Below are positions 12,481-25,795 of a stretch of DNA of 64,000 nt, piece after piece. This stretch comes from Mobula hypostoma (Eukaryota), in NCBI RefSeq assembly GCF_963921235.1, contig NC_086109.1:29514001-29578000 (forward strand), written 5' to 3'. The notes below the pieces were generated by a model. The model saw nothing but the letters and a program-made list of their open reading frames with translations, was not told where the DNA came from and did no database searches. Within the stretch, counting starts at the first letter, position 1; each line of letters opens with the position of its first letter. The translations under genes and the position numbers were made by a program.

Positions 12481-14266
12481 AGATAAGACAACTAGAACAG
12501 TTTAAATATCAGTTACCAAATCCTTTTCATGTGCAGTTCAAATTAGTACAAAATGCCAGCTGAATAAAGGTGTGCAGCAAGGTTACATTTTCATAAATTC
12601 ATTTGAAGGCCAATCCCTCAGAGGAATTTGATTAATATTAGTATTAAATGAGGGTCAAATCCCTGGCGACTTTTCAATCTTTAAAATTTTAGTATGATTA
12701 AACAATTTGATTTGTCCTGCAAAAGAGGGTCAGAACTGCCAAAATTGAAGGTTTACACGTCAAAGGCTTTTAAACACAGACTCTTTGGGGAAAAGAGATG
12801 CTCAAAATCAACAGATTTCTTGCTATCTTCCTTTAATTATGTTTACTCGTGGAATCATTTTTTTGCTTTATTCAATTGGCAAAAGAAATTTAAATCTGGT
12901 CAACAGAACTGGTAGTTTAGATTGTACTTTGGAGATAAGAGATCCCCAAGAGTTCAATGACTAGAGTAGACTTTGAAATATTTAGGTATTTTAAACATAA
13001 ATATTTTTATATTTTAAATAAATCAATGTTTTAAATGAAACAATTAAAAGATTATTTGAATTTCCATGCAGAATCAGGAGCGTTATCACTTAGATTGGCA
13101 CTGCCAAATGCAACATAGTCTATTTGTCCATTAACGCAAACTTTCCTGCTCACCTATGCATCATATTTCCCGAGATAACTTTTAGGACATTTAAAGTTGA
13201 TTTGGTTGGGAGCAGTGATTCTTTCTGTAAAAGATAGCAAGCAAAGATAGTTTATGAGCAATGTATTATAAAACATACTGAACAAAATGAATTCAACAAT
13301 ATTCTGCTTAAAAGTGAATTTGACATATAGTGAACCACCAGAATTGTGTTTATTGTATCTAAATATAGCATGCTTTAGACCCATGAGGCATTATAAAGGA
13401 TTAATCACTGATCAGAACAGTGTTTCAAAATCGCCTACAGATAGAAGCATAATTAAACCTAATCAAATTAATTTTTTTCAAATGTCATTGGTGTGTTATA
13501 CTAAGTACAACTGCTCAGAGCTGAATGATGCCTAAGTATACCATGAATAATTCTTCAAACTGCTTTCTTTTTCCATTAGGAAATCTACAAGATGTTCAGC
13601 ACAGTATAGAAAAATGGATTGCTTTATAAATAGATTTTTATTGACTAATTGATTCTTTTGACAGTCCCTAGGACCTACAAATGTATAGGACAATGTCTGA
13701 TGTCCTGTTCTGTTGAATTCTGTTCAGATTTATGATATAAACGAAGCCTCCTATATTTGCGCAACAGAACTATCATTTCAATTTTGAACTGAAAGGAGGA
13801 TTTTGCATGGAATTCTTATGACCTGCCCATGACTGCTAACCAGAAATGGCTCCTAACCTGGAATGCTGATGCCCATTTCTCGGTGGCCAATGGTATGTTA
13901 GTCATTGTGAGGCCATGAGGGACACACGAGAGGCTGGAATCTTAAAACACATGGATATCAGTGCATTGTAGAGCTGGAATAAATTATGGAAATAGGGAGA
14001 ACCAACGTTACGGAAAGATTGGAACACAATTTTGTAAACTTTAATATCAAGAGACTAATGGACTGGAAGTAGATGCATGTAACAATGGGAAAATGTCTAA
14101 ATGGGTTTTGAATGAAGAAATGGTTTTTTTAGACAAGTTCAAGTTTAGGGAAGATGAAAGGTTGGTCTTGAGGGCATTAGAGTTGTCAGACTGGAAACCA
14201 GAAGCCCATGTCAGCATTTGAACCAGAAGATAAGCTGAGAGAAAAGGACAAAATGGAATAGATTTA

Positions 14267-14610
14267 GGGGTGGCATAGTGGCATATTTGTTACACCTACT
14301 GCCTCTCAGCTCCAGTAGTCCTGGTCTGATCTTCACACTGTGTTGTCTGTGAAGAGTGACTATTCGCCCTGAGACAATGTGGGCTTCACCCAACTGCTCC
14401 GGTTCCTTCCGCTTTGCTAAAGAGGTGCTGACTGGTTATTGCAGGTAGTGTAGTGTAGGTGAGTGGCAAGAGATGTTGAAGGGTTGGATATATAGTGGGA
14501 ATGTTAAAAGAAAGTTAGGAATGTCATAGGATTAGAGAAGGTGAGTGGTTCATGTTCATCCAGACATGGTGGGCTGGAGGGCCTGTTTCAATGTTCCCTG
14601 ACCCTGTGAA
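14267..14610 (+). mobile_element. HE1/V-SINE, degraded
   Basis: GGGGTGGCATAGTGGC head, GTGGGCTTCACCCAACTGCTCCGGTTCC V-domain, CR1-like tail GGTGGGCTGGAGGGCCTGTTTC. Confidence 0.65.
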
Positions 14611-14688
14611 ATGGACAGCCAAGGGAAACTGAGGATTTACATTAATACCTCAGCTTTGGTTCAAGTAAGTTGCTGTTATCCTGAATAG

Positions 14689-14895
14689 CAACACACATCA
14701 AAGTTGCTGGTGAATGCAGCAAGCCAGGCAGCATCTCTAGGAAGAGGTACAGTCGACGTTTCAGGCCGAGACCCTTCTTGGCCTGAAACGTCGACTCTAC
14801 CTCTTCCTAGAGATACTGCCTGGCCTGCTGCGTTCACCAGTAACTTTGATGTGTGTTGCTTGAATTTCCAGCATCTGCAGAATTCCTCGTGTTTG
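14689..14895. mobile_element. Penelope pLTR fold-back (palindromic) element
   Basis: Inverted arms of about 81 bp (14687-14767 and 14780-14860), 12-nt spacer, about 35-nt tail on the right arm; perfect 15-bp TSD TGTTATCCTGAATAG at 14674-14688 and 14896-14910. Confidence 0.92.
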
Positions 14896-14925
14896 TGTTA
14901 TCCTGAATAGTTTGGTTCACTATTA

Positions 14926-15389
14926 AATCTGATTTATACTTGTGCATACGGGCTACGCCGTAGGCCTGATTTATACTTTTGTGTAGCCCTACGCCATAAC
15001 AAGCATGCGTAGTTGTGTCTGCGTCGCTCTGCAATTCACCACCAAAACACTAGTTGGCAGTGGGGTTTCTATGCCACTGTGTTGAGTTTTCTTCGTGAGA
15101 GACATGGACGAGGAAATGCATTTCAAATATTTTCGGATGTCGGCAGGTAGATTTGACGATTTGGTTCATCGTCTCCAACCATTTCGCATCAATGTACAGA
15201 CATGGCGGAGAAAAGCAACCAGAAATGCGTATGAGGAAATGCGATGCTACCAAGCGGACCAATCATTGTTGTTGTGGTCTGCCTCGTCACGACACGTGAG
15301 TTACATTTTTGGGGAGGTGCACATCACCCTACGGCGTAGGGTATGGGATACCTACGCCGTACATTTGACACACAAGTATAAATCAGCCT
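14926..15389 (+). mobile_element. PIF/Harbinger non-autonomous element
   Basis: TIRs CTGATTTATACTTGTG...CACAAGTATAAATCAG; 3-bp TSD TTA/TCA; residual transposase N-terminus [21 protein letters not shown]. Confidence 0.85.
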
Positions 15390-15882
15390 TCAGTCCATGA
15401 ACCAGTAGGGTTGGTCGGTACCATCTGAGGGGAATAAGACTCATAGTGAATTTTGGCAAGGTATACATCTCTAGAGTTAGAAAATATGTGGTAGCATTGC
15501 ACTAGTGGTAGCTTTCTGTGTGCTATCATGCATTTTGTAACACTACCCTAAAATAAGCATTTCTGAAAAGTGGCCAATATAAAGTACAACATATATATTC
15601 AACCTAGTGGTATTTTGTCATCAGTGATCCCTCAACATTGAAATTTGTCACACTGATAGCTGAGTTCGAGCACTTTTCATCAAATGTTGTTATAAAATTC
15701 TACATTGAAAACTACGTCATTGGTCGCACTCACAGTACAGTGCCCAATTTCAGTAGAGTGAATCATTTCATTTTAAGAAAAATATTTGTCTGTTGTCTAT
15801 TTTGGAAGAGTCAATAAAAAGCCTAGGACAGATATGATCACTTGGATTTGTAGAGAATTTATTCAGGAATTCAAATAAATCA

Positions 15883-18014
15883 TCACTTATTTGCCAGTCT
15901 ACACACGTCAGTACACCTGAGGCCATTTGCAACACACATACATCTTGGGAGTGAACATTTTTTTTGGACAGTTACGGGCCAGGACGGCATCGGGTGCTGG
16001 CTGGCCTCCCATCCAGTGCACCACCAACTGTTCAGCTTCCTCTTCTCTCTCCATCTTCCATCCTCTGCCCACAGGGCTTGGCACTTGTGGGTCCTTCTCC
16101 AAACATCTTCTCCATATACCAGCCTGGTAGTTGGCTCACTGTGCATGTTTTGTTAAGCGTCCTTGCATGGTGGGAGTTGATGGCTTTTGATTTCACCTTT
16201 TTTTGGCACAGAAAAGTTGATACCTGAGCTCATTGACCTTAATGTTCGATGCTTTTGGGCTATATAGGAGATGTAAATGCCTCCAGTTTGTTTATCATTT
16301 CTGGGGAGAGGTCCCATTCCTGACCCAACTCTAAGAATATGTCCTGAGTTTCTCTGTTGCTGGTCAGAAGTTTTAGGGCACTTGTCTTCCCTTTGCCTGC
16401 GAAAGCGCTTACAGAGTCACATCCTGTATATGTGTGCAACCTGATGAGAGCCCTACAAACATCTATGCCAACAGTGACAGCAACCTTCCTGATGTCTACA
16501 AGCCTTGTGCGGGTTCTAGTGCCACACTTCTGGAACAATGGGGCCTCAATCTTGTCACAAAATGCTAAAGACATGATAAAGACATCCGTGTCTTCTGAGC
16601 AGATCACCGCAGATTGGTATCCCTTCTGTTGTGGCATGGGTAGCATGGAGAAGTAGGCGGCCATCTGCTTCTTCTTCTTGACACTGAAGAGCTGACACCT
16701 CCTCACTGTCTTGAGATGTGCTTCTGTAACATTTGTCATTCACAGTTGCATAAAGAACCTTCTCTTGTAGCTTTGCTCTGTACTCCGCCTTCCTCTATTC
16801 ATGGACTATGAAGCTAATGAAACTATTTTTGTCACTGACTTTGGTCAGGAAGCTCCTCCACTGCCTCACCATCTGTGTGCCTGTGATACCTGGCAACTCA
16901 TGACCAGTCTCTTCACCCCATAGAGATCTTTCACTATTCTTAATAGAGTTCTCCTTGTATGTGTCGAACACAACATCTATTCTGCTGTTCTGACTGCCTT
17001 CCCTCAGAGCCATACCCAGAATTGTTGTGGCAACATCTCTGAAAGCAACTTGCTCACCTTTCACTCTTTGGACCAAGTTCATTCCATCAACCACTGTAGC
17101 TGAGTTTCCTGGGAGTTGCCCTTCTACTGCTACATTTTTCTGCAAGGTTGTGGCTAAAGTAGCTTTATTTGTCTTTCTCAGCAATCCTTCTGGTGTGGCA
17201 GGGCCCAGGGCTATGGTCCAAGGGGATGAGAAAGGATATCCTCCATACATAGACTGCGCCTGGGTGCCATCACTATGATGCATCCAAACAAAGACCTGTC
17301 TGCTTTCAAGATGATCGCCCTCCCATTTGATTTCACTTCTCTCTTCTTACACGTATCACTGAATGTTTTCAGCTTGTTGGTTTTCATTGGGTCATGGAAT
17401 TTCTTTGCTGGTGGGTCTTCCTCTAGTCTCTCATCCTTGAAGGTTGTATAGCATTTCTCACCAATCTCATATGCCTTCATCAGGTTGGAGGCAATGTCCT
17501 TGAGGGCTGCCTTTGCCGTAGAGATGCTAATGAGGTCCCACTTCTCTCCAAATGGGTTGACCCATTCATGTATGAGGCTAACCACTGCTGAAACTGCTTC
17601 CTCATCTTTCTGGATTCTTGGCCGCTGTAGCTCCGCAAGACAAAGCTCTGATCTTGCACCATCTCCCTTAACCGTCCCAGGAATGCACTGCGGTGCTCTG
17701 CTGTTATGTAGTAACGCTTGATAGCTCCAGCATTCAGGCTGAACAGTGATGTGCCTCCAGAAGTCCGTGTGTCTTTGTTCACTGTGGCTTCAATAGCCTG
17801 GTCCACAGTGATCTGCCCAAAGGGGTTGTTACTTGACAGCTGCACTGAGAATTGGCCTGCCTTGAAGGCCTCATACACAGAACGATTCTTATCTGGGAGG
17901 TTCATCATTTGAGCAAGGTAAAGGGACAGGTACCTGGCATAATTCATCTTATCATAGGCAAAGCACAATCGGATCATGGTTCTTATAGCATGGAGGTGCA
18001 ACTCCCAGTCCCCA
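15883..18014 (-). pseudogene. Frameshifted Academ protein C-terminal half: transposase tail, XPG/FEN1-like nuclease, Cys-rich zinc finger
   Basis: Overlapping ORFs give AYDKMNYARY..DQAIEATVN, VVDGM, IDVVFDTY, EEEAD, SEDTDV, HTYTGCDSVSAFAGKGKTSALK, and C..KKCSLPRCMCVANGLRCTDVC. Confidence 0.8.
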
Positions 18015-20767
18015 TCACAGAAAGCTACCACCACTGGAATGCTATCACATATCTTCTAGCACTAGGGGTGTATACCTTGCCAAAAATCACGACAGGTATA
18101 AGAATTATTCCCCCCAGATGGTACCGGTGGCCCACATTTGGGGTCCTGGCACACAGACTATATGATATATTAGCCAAGCAGGGGATAGAAATCAGTGGTT
18201 AAAGAAGAAAATTTATGACTGAAGTAATTGGGACAGAAATTCATAATGGTGCTGAATATGCCAAGTGAGTGATCCAGTAACTTATATGCAATGGAACTCC
18301 ACTTTGATATTCTTTATTGACTGAACCATGGCAGAACCCAAGCTGACGTGACAAGATGGTTGAAATGGAGCTAAGTACAAAACTTGACGTCTGAGACTAC
18401 ACCAAAAAGCAGGCGACAGAACACCCTTTCCTTTGTCCACTGTTCAAGGATGAGCCATGAAGAGATCAGGACTCTGTGCAGGGCAAAGCATTAGAACTGT
18501 ATTATGTGCAACAATAGAATTATCAATGATTTTGTTGGATGGATGCAACAAATAAAATAAATGAAAACTTACAAGCCCTAACAGTTTCAATCTTTCTTGT
18601 GTTTGATTGGATGAACAATCGGCAATTGAGTATCAGGCAGACCATTTGATTAAAATCTCTGTTGATGGTTGAATGAAGTAATACTGAGTTTCCCAATGCA
18701 ATGTTTTTGATATATTTTTGTGAAAGGGAAAAAATGTCTTTCTCAAAGGAAAGTATTCTGAAGTATTTTACAAATTATCTGTATATATCTTAATTATAGC
18801 TGGATACATTTAAATAGACAAGGCAAACAAAGCTGGAGGTGGGGGACAATCAGTTTCTGTTTTAAGTATCAAGTGGATTAATTGAACCTCCATGTTCATG
18901 TTCCTTAACTAATGGCCTAACTAGAACTGTTGCCACTTTAATCTCCTTCTTAATAGATTAATTTTTTTCCAAACAATTTTCAATGTCGAAAAGACGAGGT
19001 GAATATAAATATAAAGTGGTTGTGTTATATTTGCTGGAGGTTGAAAGGATGGCATTCCTGGTGCACAACTCATATCTATCCTGGATTTGGACAGGCATGG
19101 ATTAAACCTACCCTTTGACTCAGGTTAGCCAGAGTTCAGTTTTAGATGGTAGTTAAGTGTTGTTGTAGAGTCACCACACAACCTTGCTATGACATTCTAA
19201 ACCTCAATGAGTTCATTGTCTGGGCCACAAGCTAGCTGCATTAAAACTGGAAATGGCAGGATGGAGACATACCTACGTTTCTTATTTTAAGCATTTTTAC
19301 AGCGCGCATGACCTTTTTTTGTTGTGAAGATGTTAAAATCTAAATCTTGCTGCTTTAAAAATTTGCCACTTCCAGGCACTTGTTTTGGGGCTTTCTCTCC
19401 CATTAATTACATTACATCAACACAATCTCATGTCCTTGGTACAAAGAGCAGAAACGGAGGACCCATTTTCATTTGGATGTTATGTGAATAAATACAGAAC
19501 ATGGATTATGGCAGCAGGGTTCATACAAAAGGTCTTGTAACCCACTCGTATCTTTGTCCCTAAAGGGCTATAATGCTGGCTACTTTCTAAAATATTATCT
19601 ATACATGCCACAGAGAGAGATTTTTAAATTGCGTGCGTGAAAATGTTATAAATATTTTGCATCAATATTTTACTACCAGTTATATGAACAGAATTCAAAC
19701 TGCTCTTGATTATAAACTACTCACACTGCTGTGTGCGAATAAACATCATCCTTTGAAGTGGAAGCTTGGCATGTCAGGATTTACATTAGAACGGCTGTTT
19801 AAAAGGTATTGTTAAAGTTGGATATCCTGTTGCTATGTGTAACAGCCTGCTCTCACACACCCTTCTTTTAAAATTTATATTTAATTAGCAGTGTAAAGGG
19901 CAGAAATAATAATAAAAAAAGACAAAATATTTAGTGTAACATTCTGCGCAATTCATGAATTTTTACTATTTTGAACAAAGAAATCCTTCAATTTTCAGCA
20001 TTAGTTTTGATAAAATATGTACGTAATGTAAAATATAGCTGTAAATTCGCGCACAAAGGCTTATTCCTGCAAGTATGAATATTGTAAGCTGTGAATAAAA
20101 TCTAAAAAAAACCAAACTATTCACATCCTGTAAACATTTAATTTACTAAAGTTGCATCTTCCATCCCATGTTGTACAGTTGTAAGAGCTGCCTGTTGTGT
20201 TTGATACTTTAGCTCTTGTTGGGTGCACCATTACAATATTAAATAATTCATTTGACTCCCAGATGACTACCTTCTACACAGCTTGCTGATTTAATGTGTG
20301 TAGTTGAATATTAAATAACAGCAGAGGAATTCATTCTTCACATTCTACGAACCTACCTAGTCCAGTTCAAGGGAAAGACCATTAAGTAGAATAACTTTAA
20401 AATAACATCTCAAATTCACCAACAAACTTTAGGGGGAAAAAATCAGCAATGGATGCTTTTATTGTGTGTGTTTGATTTTAAAGCAGGGTGTTTTTATTGG
20501 AATTATAACAGTTTCCACCTGCTCCAACCTTGTATCCCTATCAAGCACTCCTGAGAAAAATTAAATTCCACAGGAAGTTAGTCTACTCTTCCTTAACATT
20601 GAACTTTATCTCCTGTTGCTTCAAAGCTCTTTCCTTTGCACCATCATTATTTATCGTTGTGTTTCCTCCAAGTTATTCTACCTCTGAATTGTGAGATTAT
20701 TTATTACTGTTAATAACCATACATTCAGAAATGGTTTCATGATTCCTGACCTTCTCAGCTCAAGGAA

Positions 20768-20852
20768 AGAAGCTGCCTGACCTGCTGAGTTCCTCCAGTA
20801 ATTTGTATGTGATACCCTGGATCTCCAGCACCTGCAGAATCTCTTGTGTGTC
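20768..20852 (+). repeat. Penelope pLTR terminal fragment
   Basis: GCTGCCTGACCTGCTGAGTTCCTCCAG...TCCAGCACCTGCAGAATCTCTTGTG. Confidence 0.75.
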
Positions 20853-21349
20853 ATAGAAAGAAATATCTTTGATCCTATCAAATCAGCCTGATATTCAGAA
20901 TGCAAAGATGACAACTTTGTTCCAATGCAGTCCACATTCCAAAAACAGAACTGAACTATAATATCTCAATTATTTCATTAGCTTCTTGTAATATTTCTAT
21001 GTAAAGTAGATAAAATTCACCTGTATTTTGTGCATTTTTTGGCATTTATAGACCTTCATTGCATTCACTCGAAAACATTTCAAAGTTGATCAGCTAAGTC
21101 AATTTGGTTATTGAAACAATAGCTCAATATCTTTGCCATCATTGATGACATAATGAATTATTTTAAAATATCGTAACAGAACAAAGTAGCGAAAACCATG
21201 AAAGAAAGACCTCTTTCAATCAAGTTTTGCATTAAGCAAAATTGTCAGATATATATAAAAAATCAAGTGGATTGTGCTTCTTTGTAGTAATTAGCATTTC
21301 CTTAAAGAATAATCGTACCTCGTAAAAGAAAACACGTATACTATTCTAT

Positions 21350-23322
21350 TTTTGGCCCATCCACTCACTGTCAAGCCCCTCTCAAAAGCAAAGATGGTTC
21401 AGCCATCCTGAAGAGCAATGCTGACATCAATTCTAGATGGAGGGAGCACTTCCATCATGGAATGTGATTAACAACATTCCAAACATTCAATAGCCCGTTG
21501 ACGACTCCCTAAGCAAAATACCAACACTTGAAGAAGTGAAGGAAGTCATCAAAACCTTGGAAAACAACAAGGCCACTGGACTCGATGGAATACCAGCCGA
21601 GATCTACAAAATTGGAGGTAACCCGCTTCATTATCAACTACATCAACTTCTCATCAAGATCTGGATAAATGAAGACGTACCAGCAGACTTTAGAGATTCA
21701 GCAATCGTTACCATCTACAGAAGGAAAGGCGATCGATCCGAATGCAGAAACTATCATGGAATTTCCCTGTTAGCAACAGCAGGAAAGATCCTCACCTGCA
21801 TCATGAACAACTGGCTCAAGCCTTTAGCCGAGAAGATCCTTCCTTAGACGCAAGCCGGTTTTAGACCATCATGTGGAGCAATCGACATGACCTTCACAGT
21901 GCGACAATGACAAGAAAAATATCGTGAACAGTTTCAACCTTTGTACATGGCATTCATCGACCTCCCCAAAGCCTTTGACTCGGTATTAAGGGAACTCCTA
22001 TGGGATGTTCTATCCACCTATGGATGCCCTGAAATGTACATTCGAATCCTGAGACTCCTCCACGATGGCATGCTTGCCACAGTCGTGGTCAGCAACAGTA
22101 ACTGTGAGTCTTTTCAAGTTAGATCAGGAGTAAAACAGGGGTGCATGTTTGCCCCAACTTTGTTCATCATCTACATTGCGACAATCATCCACATTATCAA
22201 GGATGACCTACCCCCAGGAATCAAAATTGTCTACAGAACAGATGGCAGACGTTTCAACCTTGCCCGTCTCAGGTCCGAAAACAAGACATCCACGAGTTCC
22301 CTCATCGAGTTCCAATACGCAGATGACAACAGTGTTGCAGCTCTTTCAGAAAACCACCTACAACAGATTGTGACTGCCTTCAACTGTGCATACACAAAAC
22401 TTGGACTTACCATCAATTCCAACAAAACTCAGATCATCTACCAAACGTCACCAACTGAGACAAATGGGATAGAACCATCAATTCAACTTGGTGAAACAAC
22501 CCTGGAAAACGTGGACCACTTTCCGTATCTTGGAAGTCACCTCTCCTCCAACGTCGACCTTAATGACGAGATGCAACATCGTCTTAAATGCGCTGGAACA
22601 GCTTTTGGACGTCTCTGAACAGGAGTCTTTCTTGATCGTGACATCCGAACAGACACCAAAATGTTAGAGTACAAAGCAGTGGTAATCCCAAAGTTCCTGT
22701 ATGCATCAGAAACCTGGACAACATACCGACGACCTCTGAAGGCACATGAAAAGTTCCATCAACGCTGTCTTTGAAACATCTTAAATATCAGCTAGGAAGA
22801 TAGACTAACCAACGTCAGTGTGCTAAATGAAGCAAAAACAACAAGCATTGAAGCCTACGTCATCAAGAACCATGTAAGATGGAGTGGTCATGTTGTTCAG
22901 ATGAAAAACGAACGTCTGCCAAAACAAATCTTCTACTCCCAGCTTAAAGAAGGAAAACGTAAAAGAGGTGGACAACAGAAGCGATTCAAAGACGTCTTAA
23001 AAGGTAACTTGAAAAAACGTAACATTGACATCAACAATTGGGAAACCAATGCCAAGGACAGGAAACTCTGGCAAGCCATCATCCGAGAAGGAACAGCAAC
23101 TTTCGAAGCCAACAGATGTGCAGAATTAGAAGAAAAGAGAAGAAAATGGAAAGAGAGGCAGCAACAACCAAAGCCCGATCTGCCATCTGGAACTACCTGT
23201 CCTGAATGTGGAAGAACTTTCAAGGCCAAGATTGGACTCATAAGCCACTTGAGAGCCCATAAATAGATCAACAGGACAAAGACCATCATCCTCGACCTCA
23301 AGGGATAGCCCCGACGATAATG
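21350..23322 (+). mobile_element. RTE-clade LINE, 5'-truncated, disrupted RT
   Basis: KATGLDGIPAE, NYHGISLL, AFIDLPKAFDSV, GVKQGC, QYADD, C-terminal CPECGRTFKAKIGLISHLRAH; short 3' UTR ending CTCGACCTCAAGGGATAGCC. Confidence 0.95.
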
Positions 23323-23356
23323 ACCTCATAAAAGAACACATGTATACTATTCCACA

Positions 23357-23520
23357 CGCACAAAAAATCTGCAGATGCTGGAACTCCAAGCAACACACAA
23401 AAATTGCTGGAGAAACTCAACATTTCTGATGAAGGATCTTGGCCCGAAACATTGACTGTATACTCTTTTCCGTAGATCCTGCCTGGCCTGCTGAGTTCCT
23501 CCAGCATTTCTGCGTGTTAC
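23357..23520. mobile_element. Short Penelope pLTR fold-back fragment
   Basis: Inverted pLTR ends around a decayed hammerhead motif CTGATGAAGGATCTTGGCCCGAAACATTGACTG. Confidence 0.8.
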
Positions 23521-25795
23521 ACGTATAATATTGTTTGTACTACTAAAAAAATGAGACAGTTGAAGATAAATTATATATATTTTAGCTGTGTTTCTTTTTT
23601 TAGGAACATTGCAAAATGTTTGATGAGCATATAAAGCAGAAGTTAGAATTCATCGAATGGTGAAAAGCCAATAGAAAGGTATTGGGATTTTTCACACAAC
23701 TTGCCGGCTCATTACATTAATAAAGTCTAATATTAGTCAGATGACTCTTCTTGCCCATTTCTGATTAACTGACTTACATTTGGAAAGTTCTATATGCCTG
23801 GAGGAATGGATTAAAGTGCTTTAACAATGACCGGCTGTCATTTTCTTTTTGTGATCCAGACCTTTAACTGGAAAGTTGGGTACCATAATAACAGGGTGCA
23901 GCTGGGGCAATGGAATCTTTGAGTGGTAGGCGCTGGTGCCTGACTCTATACTAAAACTAACGCACGAGCTTCAGTGGTATAAATTGCTCCAGCCTTTCTC
24001 TGTAATAACCAGTTAATCAGCTTATCATCAGCCTAGTTCAGGAGATTATTTGAGGTAAAGTTCAGAGGTGAAAATCTCTCATGAATGCAAGAGTGTGTCA
24101 TTTTACAAATTACTTATTTAACTAAGTAAAGATAGGTTTGTAAATGATAAAACATGACAGCCTCAAAGAAACATAAAAAGAAGATTAAGTGAACCATTAG
24201 GCTTTTGTTTGTGATAAAGTCAACTGTCAATGGCATGAATAATGACATTTTAATTTCAGCAGGTCAGATAATGCGATGCTGTACTCTATTAGGATAGGCA
24301 AGCACAAGTAAGTAGAATTTTGAAAAAGAACAAACAGCAACCATTTGTCTCCCTTGAATAAGGAGAAATGCTAGTCGAGTAAGGTGTAGCTTTCACTCAA
24401 GTTTCCAATGTAATGAGAAGAGAATGCAGTTGCTTGATGGTGCTATCAATGGTAGAATAAATAATCCTCATATAATTACTCATTCCAACATGCTTCCTTT
24501 GTATGTAATTGGTTTCAGCAATAAAATACGTCATTTTGAAAATTAGTTTTCAGAATCAGCTTTAATCTACTGTACTGGCATATTAAATAGTCTTATTTTG
24601 ATGCAATATTTAATACAGAATATGAATCTTCCTTATGATGTACGAAATATTACATTAATATCCTAATCATTCTGTATATACTTTTCACATAATTTGTGTT
24701 TGTAAATACAGTTGATTCTGGTTAATTGGGACACACTGGGATCAGTACATTTTGGCTGCCTCAATTAACCGAAGTTTCATGGAAATAGTTATAAGATGTA
24801 AAAAGACAAACTAACGTTTAAATGAGTAACAATTTATGTATTTAAATGAAATACAGAACAAATGAGAACACCACCAATATCTCTACAGTACTATAAAACT
24901 GTATATTAGTTTCTAATAATTATTGACAAAAGAATTCATGTGCCGAGTTCTTATGATAGACTATAAATGAACAAAATTAGTGCTGGCACCAAGTGCAGAT
25001 AATGCCTTTGTAAAATGCTTTAGTCCAGTGCTTCCCAAAGTGGGCAGTGGGAGTTTCTAATGGGGAAATAAAGATAAAGGGAGCAGTGGAGGGGGGAGCT
25101 CTCAGTAGCAAGGGGGGCAGCTGAGAGGCAACAGGCTTAATGTAAGAAACAAATTGCTTATTATAAGCATTTGATTCTCAGTTATTCATAATTGATTACA
25201 ATGTTCATGTAATCACTTCATTTTTTGCTAACCCAACATTCTCTTAGACTTTGCTCAAAGTGCATTATGATTGTTGAAAAGCCATGTGGCACCTCTGTGT
25301 TTGGCATATCATGAGAAATATGGACTGAAGAAATCATATTATTTCCGGTCTCAGTCCACGCACCAATACCATTCACTACTGAGGTATAGTGTTGGCGAGC
25401 ATGATTCCCATGCTCTAATCATGCGGTGACACAATTTTTGTGAATTAGAGTATGGCACTCAGTGAGGTAAAGTTCAGAATCTGCCACAGACCAACCGTGA
25501 TATCGCTACCCTACTTTATATACCTTCAGGAAGAGAGTCAGGATGTGCCTGAGCTATGATGACTTCATAACTTTTTCCATTTGTGAAAGGGGAAAGGCAA
25601 AAGGGAAAAATATGGTTCCAAACTTGTTATTTGCAAGTGGAATTCAAACAGATACAAAGGGGAATCAATATTTCATGTTGTTGAGCAATATTTCAAAGAG
25701 GATACTCCACACATTAACATTTTTGGTTTCTGTGAAAACTTTCAGAAATGGAAAACACTTCAAAACCTGTGTGACAGCACTTCCAAACCAAATAG

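Larger units (their letters stand above)
14924..18160 (-). mobile_element. Academ (AcademX-type) DNA transposon, internally deleted
   Basis: Imperfect TIRs of about 130-145 bp (15393-15520 vs 18014-18160); termini TAG...CTA after removing the Harbinger; 3-bp TSD TAT at 14921-14923 and 18161-18163; XPG-like and Cys-rich coding remnant. Confidence 0.8.
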
